Shown piece after piece: positions 61,275-64,000 of a DNA stretch of 64,000 nucleotides. Position numbers and translations under genes: made by a program. The DNA is from Chamaesiphon sp. (GTDB lineage: Bacteria; Cyanobacteriota; Cyanobacteriia; Cyanobacteriales; Chamaesiphonaceae), in assembly GCA_965246715.1 (NCBI GenBank), contig CBDFFH010000054.1:1-64000 (forward strand). The letters are read 5' to 3'. The notes beneath the pieces were generated by a model. It saw only the letters and a list, made by a program, of their open reading frames with translations, had not been told where the DNA came from and ran no database searches. Position 1 is the first letter of the stretch. Every line of letters starts with the position of its first letter.

Positions 61275-63578
61275 CTAATTTGAATTGTTATCACTATTCC
61301 CCGAGGATGGGGATGTAGAGGGTACGGAATTATTGCGCGGAGCGGGTACGGCAATCGGCTCCGGCTTGGGAGAGGGTACTTCGATCGGTTCTGGCTTGGG
61401 AGAACTGGTGGACTCGGTACTATCGGACTTGGGTGTAGTTGCGGGAGTTGCAGTTGATGGGGTTTCGGTATTTGTCACGCGGTTGCGGCGGCGACGACGC
61501 GGAGTTGGTGTTTCTTCATTAGTAGAATCCACTACTCGGCGGCGACGGCGGGGAGTTGATGTTTCTTCACTATTAGAGTCAACTTGTCGACGCTGTCTAA
61601 CTTGAGGACTAGGCTCTGCTTCCGGCCGTCGCACACGTTTTCGCCGACGAACGGGTCGTTCCGATTCGGTAGTAGAACTACTACTGGGACTGGGACTGAC
61701 TTTTGGAGTTTCGATCGGGACGATTGTGGGCGCGACACTCGGGCTACTATCCCCAGAAGTTTGACTTGGAGTGCTGGAACTAGGAGTGATGCCATTACTG
61801 CCACTGGGGACAGGAATACCTAATGGTGGCGTAGCACCAGTAGATGGCGTAATCGAATCTGGTGAAGGTGAGGGGGATGGGAGCGCCACTAGCTGGGTGA
61901 CGCTGAGCTTATAGGGGTATGCCTTGCCGGATAAACCAGCGATCGGCCGTAACTCGATCGTATAGTCGCCTGCTGTATCGATTTGCCCGCGCCAACCGAC
62001 GACTCGATCGGCTTGAGCGTCGAGCGGTGTACCTGTTGGTGACAGCACCGACATCAGTACCTGAGTTGGGGTTATTGGTGCGATGCTAGCTGCGGGAGAA
62101 ATCTTTGTAGACTTGGGACTCTGAGTGGGAATTGCCCCAGGAATTGCGGGTAAGGGCGAAATAGTACTCGGACTGGGACTCGATTGCGTTCCAGTTGTCG
62201 GTAGCGGGGATTTCGTTGGATCGCTACTCGAACTCGATATCGGCACGAGTTGGATGTCCAGAACTTGCCCGCTAGTGGCCGCGATTTTATATCGGGTCGG
62301 CGTAGTAGCATCGACTGTCCCCTCTTTAACCACGGCGCTATTTAAGACTGGTTGAATCGTATCAGCATCAGTCGTTACAGTCGGATTGCTACTAGGACTA
62401 CTCCCAGTGGGAATTGTGGGATTATTGAAGTCGATTTGTTTGGGCGGAGTACTCGCCTGTTCGGGCGATTTATTGTGTAACAGATGAGTGACGGCAAACC
62501 AAGAGCCGAGTCCAGCTAATAACGAAATCAGGATGCCCAAGGGAATAAAAACTTGGGGTTTTTCCCACACGGATTTAGGATTGAGCTGCGTAATTGCCGT
62601 CTGACCGCTTGGTGCTGTGGGTTTAGGCGTTGCCCCAACTGCTACAGTGGGCATTTCCGATGGGCGATTAACACTAGGTGATGGAACCGCTGCAACTGCT
62701 GGCTGTTGGCTGTTGGGAAGATCGGTTAATAATTGCAGATCTCGATAAACTTCGATCGCGGCTTGATAGCGTTCGTTCGGCTCGGGATTTAACATCCGTT
62801 GGAGGATGTCAGCCAATCCATCGGTAATCCGCGTCCACTTGCGCCAATCCCAATTCATCCGATCGGCTGTAAATAAGGCGCTGGCTTCTTTACCCGTCAA
62901 TAAGACGATCGCGGTAACTGCCAAGGCATACAAATCGCTGCTGGGATATAGCTGCCCGCTGGTAAATTGTTCTGGTGGTGCGTAGCCGGGTTTACCACTG
63001 TGAATCGTGCTTTGCTCGACGTTTGACTGCAATTTATCGGCAAACTCTTTGACAACGCCAAAGTCACTGAGTACGGGCAAACGATCGCTCGATCGCAAGA
63101 TGATATTGTCAGGTGAAATTTCCCGGTGGATGACACCTTTACTGTGAATATAGCCAAGCGCAGGGACGACTTGCAGCAGAAACTCCCGGACTTCGGCTTC
63201 GCTAAATACCTCACCCTCATCGCGACGCTCTTCTAAAAGCTGTCCGTAGGTCTTACCCTCGATGTAATCTAACACCAAAAAGAGGCGATCTCGTTCTTCA
63301 AACGTCGCCCAAAAACGTGGAACTTGAGAATACTGGAGTTGATAGAGGAGAATGGCTTGCTGCTTAAAAAATTCTTTAGCTTTGGTAACTGCACCAGCAA
63401 CTTGAGTTCTGGCAATAAATTCCTGAATCTCACAAAATTCATCCGCATCTGTCCGCTCGGCACCTTTAGTGCGAGCGCGATCGGTTGCGAGATATGTCCG
63501 CCCAAATCCCCCCTCTCCCAGCACATTGAGGATGCGGTAACGTTGCTGCAACAGAGTATCGGGAGGAATGGGTAGCAT
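61275..63578 (-). CDS. Membrane Hanks-type Ser/Thr kinase-like protein with degenerate catalytic residues
   Basis: LGEGGFGRTY, DFG, GYAPPEQ, SDLYALA; TM helix; long Pro/Ser/Thr tail with Arg clusters. Confidence 0.9.
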   Translation of the reverse strand: MLPIPPDTLLQQRYRILNVLGEGGFGRTYLATDRARTKGAERTDADEFCEIQEFIARTQVAGAVTKAKEFFKQQAILLYQLQYSQVPRFWATFEERDRLFLVLDYIEGKTYGQLLEERRDEGEVFSEAEVREFLLQVVPALGYIHSKGVIHREISPDNIILRSSDRLPVLSDFGVVKEFADKLQSNVEQSTIHSGKPGYAPPEQFTSGQLYPSSDLYALAVTAIVLLTGKEASALFTADRMNWDWRKWTRITDGLADILQRMLNPEPNERYQAAIEVYRDLQLLTDLPNSQQPAVAAVPSPSVNRPSEMPTVAVGATPKPTAPSGQTAITQLNPKSVWEKPQVFIPLGILISLLAGLGSWFAVTHLLHNKSPEQASTPPKQIDFNNPTIPTGSSPSSNPTVTTDADTIQPVLNSAVVKEGTVDATTPTRYKIAATSGQVLDIQLVPISSSSSDPTKSPLPTTGTQSSPSPSTISPLPAIPGAIPTQSPKSTKISPAASIAPITPTQVLMSVLSPTGTPLDAQADRVVGWRGQIDTAGDYTIELRPIAGLSGKAYPYKLSVTQLVALPSPSPSPDSITPSTGATPPLGIPVPSGSNGITPSSSTPSQTSGDSSPSVAPTIVPIETPKVSPSPSSSSTTESERPVRRRKRVRRPEAEPSPQVRQRRQVDSNSEETSTPRRRRRVVDSTNEETPTPRRRRRNRVTNTETPSTATPATTPKSDSTESTSSPKPEPIEVPSPKPEPIAVPAPRNNSVPSTSPSSGNSDNNSN

Positions 63579-63887
63579 AAGATACGATCGCTCAAAATTA
63601 CGGCGCAAAACTAAGGTAACTGAACCTTAAACTCTAAAGCTAAGGATCGATCCAGAAGTGATTGAGTTCCACTTGATTTTGTTTTCGGCTTACAAGCTAT
63701 CCTACTATTTTCTGGACGAATCTGCGTATGCTCGCTACAGCTAATTTTTACCGCGAGGCGATCGACATGATGTTGATAAATGCTCGAAACTACTGCTTCA
63801 AAGCTTTACATGCTCCATTCGCTGTTGAGATCTGGGATCGTAGATTCGCAGCTATATTAGAAGATTGACACTCTAGCTAAAAAATCA

Positions 63888-64000
63888 CTAATACTTTTTC
63901 AACTGTCGTCGTTGAATGATGCGATCGATTTCTGGAAGATCGAGATAGGGGCTGAATACTTTCAGCGCCTCAGCTGGAACGGTCGAATTGCTAATATATT
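63888..64000 (-). CDS. Possible 3' end of a gene entering from beyond the window
   Basis: Open frame ...EALKVFSPYLDLPEIDRIIQRRQLKKY*. Confidence 0.35.
   Translation of the reverse strand, partial: YISNSTVPAEALKVFSPYLDLPEIDRIIQRRQLKKY

Overview
This is cyanobacterial chromosomal DNA, judged from very dense CGATCG/HIP1-type palindromes and the presence of btpA, sqdX, rimO-crhR and a cyanobacterial thiE. A Chamaesiphon-like lineage is only a guess. Positions ~1-15.5 kb form an accessory, decaying region: two ferritin-like genes (one frameshifted), two sensor kinases (one broken by a (TTCG)12 tract), intact ISL3 and ISAzo13 elements with target duplications, and pseudogene remnants (crtW, AraC, DJ-1/PfpI, PIN). 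Positions ~16-64 kb are mostly core genes (leuB, pilD, pgk, plsC, trpE, smpB, murC, murB, tmk, bamA, purC, sqdX, crhR, rimO, btpA, thiE, thiS, HtrA). They also include an expanded VKOR/thioredoxin/DsbA cluster, a TftA-like amidase-glucosaminidase and a probable Ser/Thr pseudokinase. The most striking non-genic signal is a nested set of tiny structured DNA modules (24-71 nt). They are inserted precisely into palindromes, into MITE-like shells and into each other, and empty and filled versions of the same sites both occur inside this window. I recognised no CRISPR array, rRNA or tRNA.
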